A DNA stretch of 64,000 nucleotides from NCBI GenBank assembly GCA_964370475.1, contig CAYJJI010000003.1:14389-78388 (forward strand), read 5' to 3'. The stretch comes from an uncultured Muribaculaceae bacterium (GTDB lineage: Bacteria; Bacillota_I; Bacilli_A; RF39; UBA660). The notes beneath the pieces were generated by a model. The model ran no database searches and had not been told where the DNA came from. It saw only the letters and a list, made by a program, of their open reading frames with translations. The position numbers were made by a program, and so were the translations under genes. This document shows, piece after piece, positions 20,500 through 30,672 of this stretch (its first letter is position 1; every line of letters starts with the position of its first letter).

Positions 20500-22604
20500 C
20501 TTTTTACCTCAACTATTTCATAAGCTTCGATGATATCTCCTTCTTTGATGTCTGAATAACTTTCTAGTGTTATACCACATTCAAAGCCTTTTTTAACTTC
20601 TTTAACTGTGTCTTTTTCTCTTTGTACTGATGATATTTTTCCTTCATGGATAATTACTCCATCTCTTATTAAACGCATTTTAGCATTATTTTTAATTATA
20701 CCATCTGTAATGTAAGAACCTGCAATTTGTCCTACTTTAGAGAACTTGAATATTTTTCTTATTTCAGCAGTTCCAAGATTTTTCTCTTCAAATTCCGGTT
20801 CTAATAAACCTTTCATTGCCATTTCCATTTCTTCAACTGCTTTATATATAATAGTATATAATCTTAAATCAACATTATATTCTTTTGCTATTTCTTTTGT
20901 TTTTGAATTTGGTACTACATTGAATCCAATTATTATTGCATCAGATGCATTTGCTAGTACTACGTCACTTTCTGTTATTGCACCGATTCCTGAACGAATT
21001 ACTTTTACTTTAACTCCCTCAACATCAATTTTTTCTAATGCGTTTTTAACAGCTTCTTCAGATCCTCTAACATCAGCTTTTAAAACTACATTAACTTCTT
21101 TAACTCCACTATTTATTTTTGCAAATAAATCGTCTAGAGTTACTGATGTTTTTTTGAATTTATTTTCTTTTGCTAAATTTTCTCTTTTCATTGCAATGTT
21201 TTTTGCTTCTGTTTCAGTTTCGAAAGCCATAAATTTATCACCAGCAGATGGATTTCCATTAATACCTGTTATTTCAACTGGTGTTGATGGTCCAGCTTCT
21301 ACAATAGATTCTCCAAGGTCATTTTTCAATGTTCTTACTTTTCCAGCGTATGTTCCAACTACAAGGGGATCACCTAATCTTAATGTCCCTGTTTGAATAA
21401 TCATTGATACTACTCCACCAATGTTTTTATCAACTTTAGATTCTACTACTGTTCCTATTGCATAACGATTTTTATTTGATTTTAGTTCTAACATTTCACT
21501 TATTGTTGAAATTGTTTCTAACAATAAATCAATTCCTTCACCAGTTAGTGCTGATAAATTAACGAATGGTATTTTTCCACCCCAAGCTTCTGGAGTGATG
21601 TTTATTTCTGCCATTTCTGTTAATACCCTATCAACATTTGCATCTGGTTTATCAATTTTGTTTACTGCTACTATTATTGGAACATTTGCAGCTAGTGCAT
21701 GTTCTACAGCTTCTTTTGTTTGTGGTTTAACACCATCATCAGCTGCTACTATTATTATTACTATATCCGTAATACTAGCTCCACGTGCTCTCATTTCAGT
21801 AAATGCTGCATGTCCTGGAGTATCTATAAAAGTGATTTTACTTTCTTTGTTTTCTACTTGGTAAGCTCCAATATGTTGTGTAATTCCTCCGAATTCTGTA
21901 TCTACAACTTTACTTTCTCTTATTTTATCTAATAGAGATGTTTTACCGTGGTCAACGTGACCCATGATTGTTACTACTGGAGGACGATTTTCTAGATTTT
22001 CTTGATCATCAACAATTTCAAATTCTTCGAAATTTGAAATATCATTACTTTCTTCTTTTTTTAATACTTTATTGTATTCCATAGCTATAATACTAGCGTT
22101 TTCAAAATCTATTACTTGATTTAGGGCTACCATTAAACCTAGTCCCATTAATTTTTTAATTAAATCCATTCCTGAAATATCAAGCATTTCGGCTAAGTCT
22201 TGAACTGTTGTTCCTTCTTTATAGAAAACTACGTTTTCTTCTGTTTTATTACCTTGTAACTTTTCTTTGTTTTTGTACATTGCTTTTCTTTTACTTAGGT
22301 ATTCTGCTTTGGAACTAACAATATCAGAACGTTTTTTTAATTTTTGTTTGCTAAGACTTCCACCTAGTTTTTCTAGTTCTTTATCTTCCATGATATCACT
22401 AACTACATCATCAATTTCATCTTCTGTGTCATATGAGCTAGTATCGTCTGCTTCTGTGTCAATTGTATTATCTAGTATAATAATATCATCCTCACTTAAC
22501 ATACTCTCTTTATTTTTGGCATCAATTCCTAGGTCTTGACATTTTTTAAGTATTTCAGCTACTGAAAGGTTACAATCTTGTGCATATTCATTAACGTTCA
22601 TCAT
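20496..22604 (-). CDS. infB: Translation initiation factor IF-2
   Basis: GHVDHGKTSL, DTPGH and NKID G-domain boxes. 702 aa. Confidence 0.95.
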   Translation of the reverse strand: MMNVNEYAQDCNLSVAEILKKCQDLGIDAKNKESMLSEDDIIILDNTIDTEADDTSSYDTEDEIDDVVSDIMEDKELEKLGGSLSKQKLKKRSDIVSSKAEYLSKRKAMYKNKEKLQGNKTEENVVFYKEGTTVQDLAEMLDISGMDLIKKLMGLGLMVALNQVIDFENASIIAMEYNKVLKKEESNDISNFEEFEIVDDQENLENRPPVVTIMGHVDHGKTSLLDKIRESKVVDTEFGGITQHIGAYQVENKESKITFIDTPGHAAFTEMRARGASITDIVIIIVAADDGVKPQTKEAVEHALAANVPIIVAVNKIDKPDANVDRVLTEMAEINITPEAWGGKIPFVNLSALTGEGIDLLLETISTISEMLELKSNKNRYAIGTVVESKVDKNIGGVVSMIIQTGTLRLGDPLVVGTYAGKVRTLKNDLGESIVEAGPSTPVEITGINGNPSAGDKFMAFETETEAKNIAMKRENLAKENKFKKTSVTLDDLFAKINSGVKEVNVVLKADVRGSEEAVKNALEKIDVEGVKVKVIRSGIGAITESDVVLANASDAIIIGFNVVPNSKTKEIAKEYNVDLRLYTIIYKAVEEMEMAMKGLLEPEFEEKNLGTAEIRKIFKFSKVGQIAGSYITDGIIKNNAKMRLIRDGVIIHEGKISSVQREKDTVKEVKKGFECGITLESYSDIKEGDIIEAYEIVEVKR

Positions 22605-22618
22605 ACTCCCACCTCTTT

Positions 22619-22891
22619 CTAATTATTTAATTTATCTATTATCTCTTCATATATTTCATTAGGTATTTCTGTTTCTAATATTTTATTTAATATTTTCTTT
22701 TGTTGAGCTTTTTTAATTACTTCTATATCTTTTTTTAAATAAGCTCCACGTCCATTACTTTTACCTGTTTCATCATATATGATTGTTCCTTCTGGTGTTC
22801 TAACTATTCTTAATAAATCTTTTTTTTCAAATGATTCTCTAGTTACTACACAAGTTCTTTTTGGTATCTTTTTCGGTTTCATTTTATTCAC
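22619..22891 (-). CDS. ylxR: YlxR/RnpM-family (DUF448) RNA-binding protein
   Basis: PKRTCVVTRE…LLRIV…GRGAYL. 90 aa between nusA and infB. Confidence 0.8.
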   Translation of the reverse strand: MNKMKPKKIPKRTCVVTRESFEKKDLLRIVRTPEGTIIYDETGKSNGRGAYLKKDIEVIKKAQQKKILNKILETEIPNEIYEEIIDKLNN

Positions 22892-24032
22892 CTTGACTAT
22901 TATTTATATCATCTAAAGTTTTGATATCTATTTTATATCTTGTAAGTTTAGATGCTAATCTAATATTTAATCCTTTTTTTCCTATAGCTAGTGCTAAGTT
23001 ATCTTGATCAACTATTGCAAGAGCTTCTCTTTTCATTGGGTCAGTTACGTTTACTATAACGTTTTTAGCAGGACTTAGTGCATTCTTTATATATTCTGCT
23101 GGATCTTCACTATATGCTACTAAATCTACTTTTTCTCCATTTAATTCTTTTAAGATTCTTCCAATTCTTGAACCTTTTTCTCCAATACAAGCTCCAATTG
23201 GATCGATGTTATCTACAAGTGTTCCTACACTTACTTTACTACGAATTCCTGCTTCTCTAGCTACTCCATGAAGTAAGATAGTTCCTTCAGATAATTCTGG
23301 TATTTCAGATTCAAATAATCTTTTAACAAATCCGTAATGTTTTCTTGATAAAAGTATTAATGGTCCTTTTGGTCCTTCTTCAACTTTTTGTACATATACT
23401 TTTATACTTGATCCCATTTCTACTTTTTCATCTGGAATCATTTCTGTTTTAGGCAATATTCCTCTAGTTCTACCAAGATCAATGTAATAACTTCTTTGAT
23501 CTTCCATAGCTAACATTCCTAATAACATTTCATCTTGTTTATCTGCAAATTCAGAAACAATACTATTTTTTTCTGCTTCTCTTATTTTTTGCATTAATAC
23601 TTGTTTAGCTGTTCCTGCTGCTACTCTACCAAAATCTTTTGGTGTAACTTCTTTTTCAATTGTTTCTCCTACTTTGATTCCTTCTACTATTTCTTGAGCT
23701 TCTTCAACTAGGATTTGAGCATCAATATTGATTACTGGAGGAATATCTATGATATTTCCTTCTTCGTCAACAGTTTCATCACCTTCATCGATTTCATCTA
23801 CTACTACAAGGTATGAAAATACTTTAATATCTCCTGTTTCCCTGTTAATATCTACTCTTACATTTGTTTTACTGTTAAAGTTTTTTTTGTAAGCTGTTGC
23901 TAGAGCAAGTTCCATTGCTTCAAATACTAGATCAGCTGAAATATTTTTTTCTTCTACTATGAAATTAACACCTTTAATAAAAGCGTCAGTATCCATTCCT
24001 GTTTTTTCTTCTTTTTTTGCTGCTCTTGCCAT
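22884..24032 (-). CDS. nusA: Transcription termination/antitermination factor NusA
   Basis: 382 aa. S1 and two KH domains (…GACIGEKGSRI…, …AIGKKGLNIRLASKLT…). Confidence 0.95.
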   Translation of the reverse strand: MARAAKKEEKTGMDTDAFIKGVNFIVEEKNISADLVFEAMELALATAYKKNFNSKTNVRVDINRETGDIKVFSYLVVVDEIDEGDETVDEEGNIIDIPPVINIDAQILVEEAQEIVEGIKVGETIEKEVTPKDFGRVAAGTAKQVLMQKIREAEKNSIVSEFADKQDEMLLGMLAMEDQRSYYIDLGRTRGILPKTEMIPDEKVEMGSSIKVYVQKVEEGPKGPLILLSRKHYGFVKRLFESEIPELSEGTILLHGVAREAGIRSKVSVGTLVDNIDPIGACIGEKGSRIGRILKELNGEKVDLVAYSEDPAEYIKNALSPAKNVIVNVTDPMKREALAIVDQDNLALAIGKKGLNIRLASKLTRYKIDIKTLDDINNSQGE

Positions 24033-24033
24033 A

Positions 24034-24291
24034 TTATTTGCTTCCTCTCTCTTTACTTACTACATCTAAAATGTATGAATCATCAATTACATCAAATGTA
24101 TCAATTATTGGGTTGATAACATGAGTTGCTGCAACGATAGTATCTAAATCAATTCCGTTTACTTTATCTAAGGTAATTCTTAAGAATTGGTAGTTACCTT
24201 CTTTTAGGTATTCTACATCGTCAACTATAATATCCATTTCTTCCATTTTAGGTTTGATTGCTTCGCGCACATCATTTAAAAATTTATCCAT
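24034..24291 (-). CDS. rimP: Ribosome maturation factor RimP, short form (N-terminal domain only)
   Basis: 85 aa. Ends …YILDVVSKERGSK*. Start at 24289-91 is preceded by GGAGGG. Overlaps the nusA start. Confidence 0.65.
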   Translation of the reverse strand: MDKFLNDVREAIKPKMEEMDIIVDDVEYLKEGNYQFLRITLDKVNGIDLDTIVAATHVINPIIDTFDVIDDSYILDVVSKERGSK

Positions 24292-24342
24292 TTTCCCTCC
24301 AATAATAAAAGCGGGTTTTTGCCCACTTAAATCTGTAAATAA

Positions 24343-24371
24343 ATTATACCACAGAGTTGTTTTTTATACAA
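24343..24371 (-). promoter_or_regulatory. Candidate promoter of the rimP-nusA-infB operon (TTGTAT-17-TGgTATAAT extended -10)
   Basis: Reverse complement reads ttgtat aaaaaacaactctgtgg tataat with TGn immediately before the -10. It lies about 50 nt upstream of rimP. Confidence 0.4.
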
Positions 24372-24373
24372 GT

Positions 24374-24889
24374 TTATTTGTTTATATGACTGAAATATCC
24401 TTTATAATGATTCCTAATATCATTAATATATATGAATGCTTTATTATCTATTTTATTCATTAATTTACTTAGTTTTTTTAACTGATGATGATGAGTTTCA
24501 ATTATTACTAATTTACTCTTATTATTTTCTAATTTTATGATACTTAATCCATAGCCGTTATTTTTTATTAAATTTATATTTTCTTTTGTTATTTGTTTAC
24601 TTATTATTTGAACACTTATTAGAGGATTTAAAAATATCTTAGCTAGCGAAGTTCCTAACAGTGTTCCTACTGAGTATCCTGCTGCGTATGCAATTGGTAT
24701 CCATATACTATCCAGTCCGTTATTTAGTGCACTATCTACTGCATAAAACCATATTAATACTTCAAAAAATCCACATATTGATGCTATTATATTTTTATTT
24801 TTAACGATAAATAATGTTCTTATTGTACCAATTGTAATATCAATTAGTCTAATGGTAAATAATTGTATGCATATAAATAATAAATTCAT
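24374..24889 (-). CDS. UPF0316/DUF2179-family small membrane protein
   Basis: Two N-terminal TM helices, then a GYGLSIIKLENNKSKLVIIET…AFIYINDI domain typical of DUF2179. Start chosen at MNLLFICIQ with an AGAGGT RBS; the ORF track begins 15 codons earlier. Confidence 0.55.
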   Translation of the reverse strand: MNLLFICIQLFTIRLIDITIGTIRTLFIVKNKNIIASICGFFEVLIWFYAVDSALNNGLDSIWIPIAYAAGYSVGTLLGTSLAKIFLNPLISVQIISKQITKENINLIKNNGYGLSIIKLENNKSKLVIIETHHHQLKKLSKLMNKIDNKAFIYINDIRNHYKGYFSHINK

Positions 24890-24951
24890 TTTAACCTCTT
24901 TATTATTTTGTACAATGTTATTTATAACATACAAAAAAAGGCATCAGCCTT

Positions 24952-25140
24952 TTATATGTTTATAGCTATTAATACTATTAATATTAATATACCTAATATT
25001 ATTAATGCAGCTCTAACTTTATTGAAGTCATATTTTTTTTCTTCTTTAAATGGTAAGTCTTCTGGCGGTACTAATGTACCGCATTTTAAGCATTTTATAC
25101 TATTGTTACTTAATTGACTATTACAATTTCTACAATACAT
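24952..25140 (-). CDS. Small zinc-ribbon membrane protein
   Basis: MYCRNCNSQL…CLKCG, then a C-terminal TM. The overlapping + strand ORF 24908-25117 is judged spurious. Confidence 0.4.
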   Translation of the reverse strand: MYCRNCNSQLSNNSIKCLKCGTLVPPEDLPFKEEKKYDFNKVRAALIILGILILIVLIAINI

Positions 25141-25141
25141 A

Positions 25142-25660
25142 TTAATCCTCTAAAAATGTTTTACTTTTATGAGGTTCATCAAAAAGTAAACCTTTGTAAT
25201 TTTGTTGTCTTAAGGCTTCATAAATCATAATAGCTGCAGTATTTGATAAATTCAATGACCTTACATTATCACTCATTGGCATGCGCATGCATGTATCTAA
25301 TCTATTTTTTAATATTTCTTTAGGAATTCCAGTACTTTCTTTACCAAATACAAAGTATTTGTTATTATTACTAGTATAATTGAATTCTGTATGCGGTTTA
25401 TGACCGTATCTAGTTAGAAAATAAAATTCACCTTGATTTTGATCGAAAAATTCATCAATATTTTCATATACTTGATAATCTAATTTATCAATATAGTTAA
25501 CACCACTTCTTTTTAGGTATTTTTCATCAAGCGAAAAACCTAAAGGTTTTATTAAATGTAATTTTGTGTTTGTAGCTACACAAGTTCTCATGATATTTCC
25601 TGTGTTACCTGGTATTTCTGGTTCGAATAAAACTATATTATTCATTTTTTTCAAATCCAT
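25142..25660 (-). CDS. trmL: tRNA (cytidine/uridine-2'-O)-methyltransferase TrmL (SpoU/TrmH family)
   Basis: 172 aa. IVLFEPEIPGNTGNIMRTCVATNTKLHLIKP…RMPMS…RSLNLSNTAAI. Confidence 0.8.
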   Translation of the reverse strand: MDLKKMNNIVLFEPEIPGNTGNIMRTCVATNTKLHLIKPLGFSLDEKYLKRSGVNYIDKLDYQVYENIDEFFDQNQGEFYFLTRYGHKPHTEFNYTSNNNKYFVFGKESTGIPKEILKNRLDTCMRMPMSDNVRSLNLSNTAAIMIYEALRQQNYKGLLFDEPHKSKTFLED

Positions 25661-26198
25661 GTATATCTAGCATTTTAACGAAATCTCCTGAATTCATTAA
25701 GTTATCATCTTCTCTTGAAATAATACCATCAATTGCTAATTCTCCATCTTTGAAATATAAAATTGTTGGAATTTTTTTGATAATATTTTCTGTAAATCCA
25801 AATGCTTTATTAATATCACTTAAGAATGTTTTATCTTCTTTGTAATCTGTTACATTTACATAATACATTTTATCATTTAAGTTATATTCTTCAATAACTG
25901 TTGATAATTCTTTTTCAAGTTCATATGTTTCTTTTGTTTTTGTATAGTTTATAAATACAAAATATTCTGTTGGTAATTCTCCTGCTGTTAAAGTTGTTGT
26001 AAGTTCTTCTATGTCATTTAATTCATATGTTAAATATTTTTCTGTTATCAAATAACTGTTTGCAATGCGTTCCTCTTCAGTTAATACATACCAATTATAA
26101 ATATATGTAGTTATTAATACTAATCCTATTATAATTGCTCCAACAATTACATAATTCTTTATTGGAATAGCTTTTAATTTATTTTCTTTTTTTGTCAT
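25638..26198 (-). CDS. Membrane-anchored hypothetical protein
   Basis: 186 aa. TM VIVGAIIIGLVLITTYIY. No CxxC. Confidence 0.4.
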   Translation of the reverse strand: MTKKENKLKAIPIKNYVIVGAIIIGLVLITTYIYNWYVLTEEERIANSYLITEKYLTYELNDIEELTTTLTAGELPTEYFVFINYTKTKETYELEKELSTVIEEYNLNDKMYYVNVTDYKEDKTFLSDINKAFGFTENIIKKIPTILYFKDGELAIDGIISREDDNLMNSGDFVKMLDIHGFEKNE

Positions 26199-26277
26199 AA
26201 ATACCTAACCTTTCATTACTATAATGATATCACAAATAAAGCTAAAATAAAACTAATTTCCAATAAAAAAATTATTA

Positions 26278-26835
26278 TTATTTTAATAATTTTTTATAAT
26301 AGTCATATAGTTCTTTAAATCTTTGAAAATGAACTACTTCTCTTTGTCTTAAAAATAAGAGTGGTCCAATTACTTCTTCATCTTCTGCTAAATCTATTAA
26401 ATTTTCATAAGTTACTCTTGCTTTTTGTTCAGCTGCCATATTTTCAGATAAATCTGCAAATACATCCCCTGTTGATGCAAATGTTGCTGCAGAAAACGGT
26501 ACTCCGTTGGCATCTGTTGGATATATTCCTAAATGATGTTCTGTATAATAAGCTTCTAATCCACATTCTTTTATTTCTTCAACTGATGAATCTTTTATTA
26601 ATTGTCTGACCATTGTAGCTATCATTTCAACATGTCCTAATTCTTCACAAGCGATATCATTTAATAAAGCTTTACCTTTTTCATCAGGCATGGAAAATTT
26701 TTGAGAAAAATACCTTAAAGCAGCACCAAGTTCTCCTGCTGGTCCACCTAATTGGGTATTTATACATTTAGCTAATTTTAAATTTTTTCTTGTTATATTT
26801 ATGGGATAGTTAAGTTTTTTCTCATACTTATACAT
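26278..26835 (-). CDS. cotJC: Spore coat protein CotJC (manganese-catalase/ferritin-like)
   Basis: LGGPAGELGAALRYFSQ…EELGHVEMIATMV di-metal ligand pattern. 185 aa. Confidence 0.85.
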   Translation of the reverse strand: MYKYEKKLNYPINITRKNLKLAKCINTQLGGPAGELGAALRYFSQKFSMPDEKGKALLNDIACEELGHVEMIATMVRQLIKDSSVEEIKECGLEAYYTEHHLGIYPTDANGVPFSAATFASTGDVFADLSENMAAEQKARVTYENLIDLAEDEEVIGPLLFLRQREVVHFQRFKELYDYYKKLLK

Positions 26836-27235
26836 ATTTAGATACCTTACCTTCCCATGGCCATGGGTTTTTATACCATGTATAATCTAGTGATGAAATA
26901 TCACATAAATCTAAAGGACCATAATACTGTTCATATTCTTTTTTTAGCTTTTTTGATTCGTATACACATTCTTTAAAATAGTTATATTTATCTAAATCAT
27001 TTGGATATATATCTAAATATAAATTTAAGTCATTAATAGCAAAATCATATGCATATATTTTCATTAGTAATGTCTCTTTTTCATTTTTAGGTGTTAATTT
27101 TAAGTAATTCATGTTTTTGTAAGTATCATAAATATTACTAAACATAGTTCCTCTTAATAATCCTTCTAAAGGAGTATATAAATCTCTGTTATTAGCTATT
27201 CCAAATACTCCCGATTCTAATTCATTAAATAACAT
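26828..27235 (-). CDS. cotJB: Spore coat peptide assembly protein CotJB
   Basis: 135 aa. …LYLDIYPNDLDKYNYF…YGPLDL… Overlaps cotJC by 8 nt. Confidence 0.7.
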   Translation of the reverse strand: MLFNELESGVFGIANNRDLYTPLEGLLRGTMFSNIYDTYKNMNYLKLTPKNEKETLLMKIYAYDFAINDLNLYLDIYPNDLDKYNYFKECVYESKKLKKEYEQYYGPLDLCDISSLDYTWYKNPWPWEGKVSKYV

Positions 27236-27483
27236 AATAAACCTCCTGTAGTATATTATGATTATTTATACTTTTGGACATAAAAAAATAGACATATATC
27301 TATTTATGTGTTTGTTTAGAAATATCTTTTCTACCTTCGTTTGGTTTTCACCATATATTATATTAACCTATCAATATACCTTATAGTTTCTTCTATATTT
27401 TTTCAATTGAGTCTTTTTCATATTACTATTATTAATCATGATGTATTTTAACAATGATATTTATATATTTTAATTTTTATAAA

Positions 27484-27507
27484 TAAAAGAACTGATTACT
27501 CAGTTCT
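27484..27507 (-). terminator. Rho-independent terminator at the 3' end of the ABC exporter gene
   Basis: 8-bp stem agaactga / tcagttct with a 4-nt loop. It overlaps the stop codon. T-rich tract follows on the minus transcript. Confidence 0.5.
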
Positions 27508-29790
27508 TAGTGCTATTACAGGGTCTTTTTTACTAGCCATTTTAGCAGGTATTAATCCTCCTATAATTGTAAGCGTTAAACTTACTAAAATTAATATTAT
27601 ACAATGTACCGGATTTAATACTGCTACATTTGCTAAATCAGTTAAATCTTCTATTATTATATTAGCTGGGAATGTTAATAACCAAGCTATGAATATTCCT
27701 AATATTCCTGAGAATAAACCGATAAGCGATGTTTCTGCATTAAACACTCTTGTTATATCTTTTTTTCTTGCTCCTAAACTTCTTAGGATACCAATTTCTT
27801 TAGTTCTTTCTAATACTGAAATATAAGTTATTATACCAATCATTATACTTGAAACTATTAGAGAAATTGCAGAAAAAGCTACTAGAACTATTGTTACTGC
27901 ATCCATGATACTTGATGATAATGAGCTTATCATCGCTCCCATGTCTGTGTATACAATCATTTCTTCTTGTTCTAAACCTTCATTATATTTATCTAATTGG
28001 TCTATAATATATTCTTTACTTTCAAAATCTTTAGGATAAATTTGAATCATATAAGGATATGTATCGTCTCCAAGATATGATAATATTTGATTTTTTTGTT
28101 CTTCTCCTGTTGGTGTATCTTCAAATTTTTCGCCACTTAAAACATTATAATCACTATTTTTTTGGGCTATAACTATATCTGACGTTTTACTTTCTTCAAT
28201 TACTTGATTAATTAATTCTTCATCATAAACTATTCCTGAAAAATTTTCGTATAACAGATTTCCTTCTTTAGATCTTGCTACACCTGTAATTGTAAGTGTT
28301 CTTGTGTCTTTGTCGTTATATTCATCTTCAAGTTCTTGTCTAGGAATAAAAATGTTTCCCATTTTTTGATATAAATCGTTATTGCTTATTACTTTAAATT
28401 CTTCACCTATTAAATCTTCAAATTTTAGTTCTGATTCATAATCTATTCCCATTATTTTTAATAGTTCTTGTGGGAATCCATTATTGTAATCTACAACTAA
28501 TAACAACTCATTTTCGTTTGATGGTATTTCACCACTTAGAATGTCTAGATTTTTTTCGATGTTAGCATTTGAACCATCTAAACTTGATGGTAAACTACTG
28601 AAATATTCTTTATCAGATAGAAAATTATATTTTCCATTCGCTTCATTCATTAAATTTAACGAAATTGCTCTAGTATATGATATACCATCTACTTTTTCAT
28701 TGTCTAGTGATTCAATATAATCAATGTATTCTTGAGTAAAAATATTTTGATGAGATATCATTTCATCGATATTTTCTTTTGGAACTATTATATCGTTATC
28801 TGGATATTGTTCTTGTTCTTCTAACTCTGTTTGTAATTCCATCATCGATTCTGGTGACATTTCTGTTGCTTGTTGGCTAATCATTATTGGAAGATTTGCT
28901 AAGGAGTTTCTTTCAAAGTTTTGAATTTGAATATCAAATCCATTTGAAAGAGCCAATATTAAAGCTATTCCTATGATACCTATTGATGATGCTAACGAAG
29001 TTATAAACGTTCGACCTTTTTTTGTCATTATATTATTAAATGATAATGATAAAGCAGTCATATAACTCATTTTTGTTTTTTTAATTTTAATTTTTGCATC
29101 TTTATCTTCTTTTGTATAGACTTTACTATCTTTAATTACTTCTCCATCTTTTAATTCAATTACTCTTGTTGAATATTCTTTGGCAATTTCCTCATTGTGA
29201 GTTACCATAATTACCAATTTATCTTTAGCTATAGTTTGAATTAATTGCATTATTTGTTCGCTAGTTTTTGTATCTAACGCTCCAGTTGGTTCATCTGCTA
29301 AGATAATATCAGGATCGTTTACTAAAGCTCTTGCTATTGCAACTCTTTGCATTTGTCCACCAGAGAGTTGCATTGGCTTTTTATGAGCATGGTCTTTTAG
29401 ACCTACTCTATCTAGCACTTCTAGAGCTTTTTTCCTTCTTTTAGCTTTAGAAATATTACTTAATGTCATAGACATTTCAATATTTCCTAAAACTGAAATG
29501 TGACCTATTAAGTTATAACTTTGAAAGATAAATCCTACACAATTATTACGATATGCATCCCAATCTTTGTCTTTGAATTCTTTTGTTGACAAGTTATTAA
29601 TTAATAAATCTCCACTATTATAACGGTCTAGTCCTCCTAATATATTTAGAAGTGTTGTTTTACCGCTTCCACTTGCTCCTAGTATAGATACAAATTCATT
29701 TTTACGAAATTTGATATCTACTCCTTTTAGAGCATGTTGGATAAAGTCACCTGTTTTGTAACTTTTTTTAATATTTTTTATTTCTAACAT
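27496..29790 (-). CDS. ABC transporter, fused ATP-binding and FtsX-type permease (MacB/YknYZ-like)
   Basis: Walker [17 protein letters not shown], signature [15 protein letters not shown], Walker [13 protein letters not shown]-terminal four-TM FtsX domain. Confidence 0.85.
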   Translation of the reverse strand: MLEIKNIKKSYKTGDFIQHALKGVDIKFRKNEFVSILGASGSGKTTLLNILGGLDRYNSGDLLINNLSTKEFKDKDWDAYRNNCVGFIFQSYNLIGHISVLGNIEMSMTLSNISKAKRRKKALEVLDRVGLKDHAHKKPMQLSGGQMQRVAIARALVNDPDIILADEPTGALDTKTSEQIMQLIQTIAKDKLVIMVTHNEEIAKEYSTRVIELKDGEVIKDSKVYTKEDKDAKIKIKKTKMSYMTALSLSFNNIMTKKGRTFITSLASSIGIIGIALILALSNGFDIQIQNFERNSLANLPIMISQQATEMSPESMMELQTELEEQEQYPDNDIIVPKENIDEMISHQNIFTQEYIDYIESLDNEKVDGISYTRAISLNLMNEANGKYNFLSDKEYFSSLPSSLDGSNANIEKNLDILSGEIPSNENELLLVVDYNNGFPQELLKIMGIDYESELKFEDLIGEEFKVISNNDLYQKMGNIFIPRQELEDEYNDKDTRTLTITGVARSKEGNLLYENFSGIVYDEELINQVIEESKTSDIVIAQKNSDYNVLSGEKFEDTPTGEEQKNQILSYLGDDTYPYMIQIYPKDFESKEYIIDQLDKYNEGLEQEEMIVYTDMGAMISSLSSSIMDAVTIVLVAFSAISLIVSSIMIGIITYISVLERTKEIGILRSLGARKKDITRVFNAETSLIGLFSGILGIFIAWLLTFPANIIIEDLTDLANVAVLNPVHCIILILVSLTLTIIGGLIPAKMASKKDPVIALRTE

Positions 29791-29873
29791 GTATTCTCCT
29801 TTTCTTTTTAATTATATCATAGATACATTTAAAATATTGTAGAAAAATAAAAAAACGAACTATCGTTCGTTAA

Positions 29874-30485
29874 TTATACATTGTGGAATTTTTTATTGTC
29901 TTTAAGAGCTACCATTGTACCTATTGCAAGTACAGCTCCACCACCAAGGATTAAATAAGATGTAAATGCTCCTGTTTCAGGATTTTCTCCACCTAATTCA
30001 AGTTCTTTACAAGCTTCGTTACCTTTGTACACTTCATTTGAATCTGATAATTCGTATGATGTTGCTTCTATACAAATTCCTCCACATTCATCTGTTGCAG
30101 CTTCATCTAATTTAACTTCTACTGTAAGTACTGGAATTTCTTCTTCTACTATTCCTCCAGCATCTTTAGATTCAAGAACAACACTTGCAGTTTTTAACCC
30201 TGGATCTGTTGGTGATTGGTCATTAAATGCACTATCTATAGTAACGTTTTCTATAGTTAAGTTTTTAGTTGTTTCTATAAACATTTCTAAATCTGTTAAT
30301 CCATTACCTGCGTTTACTTCTGTCGCATCCATTATTGCATAAAATGTACAAGTTGTCGTTTCTCCTGGATTAAGTGCTGATTTCTCACACTTAAGATCAA
30401 ATCTCGTTTCTGCGTTTGCCATTATTGGCATTGCCATTAGCGCAACTAGGAACACTCCCATTTTTGTAATTTTTTTAATCATCAT
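29874..30485 (-). CDS. Cell-wall-anchored surface protein with NPETG sorting signal
   Basis: Signal peptide MMIKKITKMGVFLVALMAMPIMANA. C-terminal NPETG + hydrophobic stretch + KDNKK tail. Divergent from the sortase gene. Confidence 0.55.
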   Translation of the reverse strand: MMIKKITKMGVFLVALMAMPIMANAETRFDLKCEKSALNPGETTTCTFYAIMDATEVNAGNGLTDLEMFIETTKNLTIENVTIDSAFNDQSPTDPGLKTASVVLESKDAGGIVEEEIPVLTVEVKLDEAATDECGGICIEATSYELSDSNEVYKGNEACKELELGGENPETGAFTSYLILGGGAVLAIGTMVALKDNKKFHNV

Positions 30486-30672
30486 ATACCTCTCTATCTA
30501 TATAATTCCCATATATTAAGTTTATTATAACATATTTTTAGCTTTTTGGATTATTTTTTTCTTTTTTTTTACATTTTTACATTCTTTTGTCAAAGTATCA
30601 GTTATTAATAGAGCTATTATTTTTTTTAGTTTTATGGTATTATTATATAAGTAGAATAAAAGTGGTGATTTA

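Noticed and set aside
20746-21932. Plus-strand ORFs of 216, 89 and 77 aa antisense to infB; similar antisense ORFs inside pnp, truB, the 1098-aa gene, the TasA-like genes, McrB-like, addA and others
   Set aside because: They are antisense to strongly supported conserved genes. They have low-complexity S/T/I/L-rich translations and lack an RBS.
24292-24340. GC-richer hairpin (gcgggtttttgccc) upstream of rimP as a possible riboswitch/terminator
   Set aside because: The arms are not complementary beyond 3 bp. It probably just lies within the 5' UTR.
24908-25117. 69-aa plus-strand ORF
   Set aside because: It overlaps the more plausible minus-strand zinc-ribbon ORF and has no RBS.
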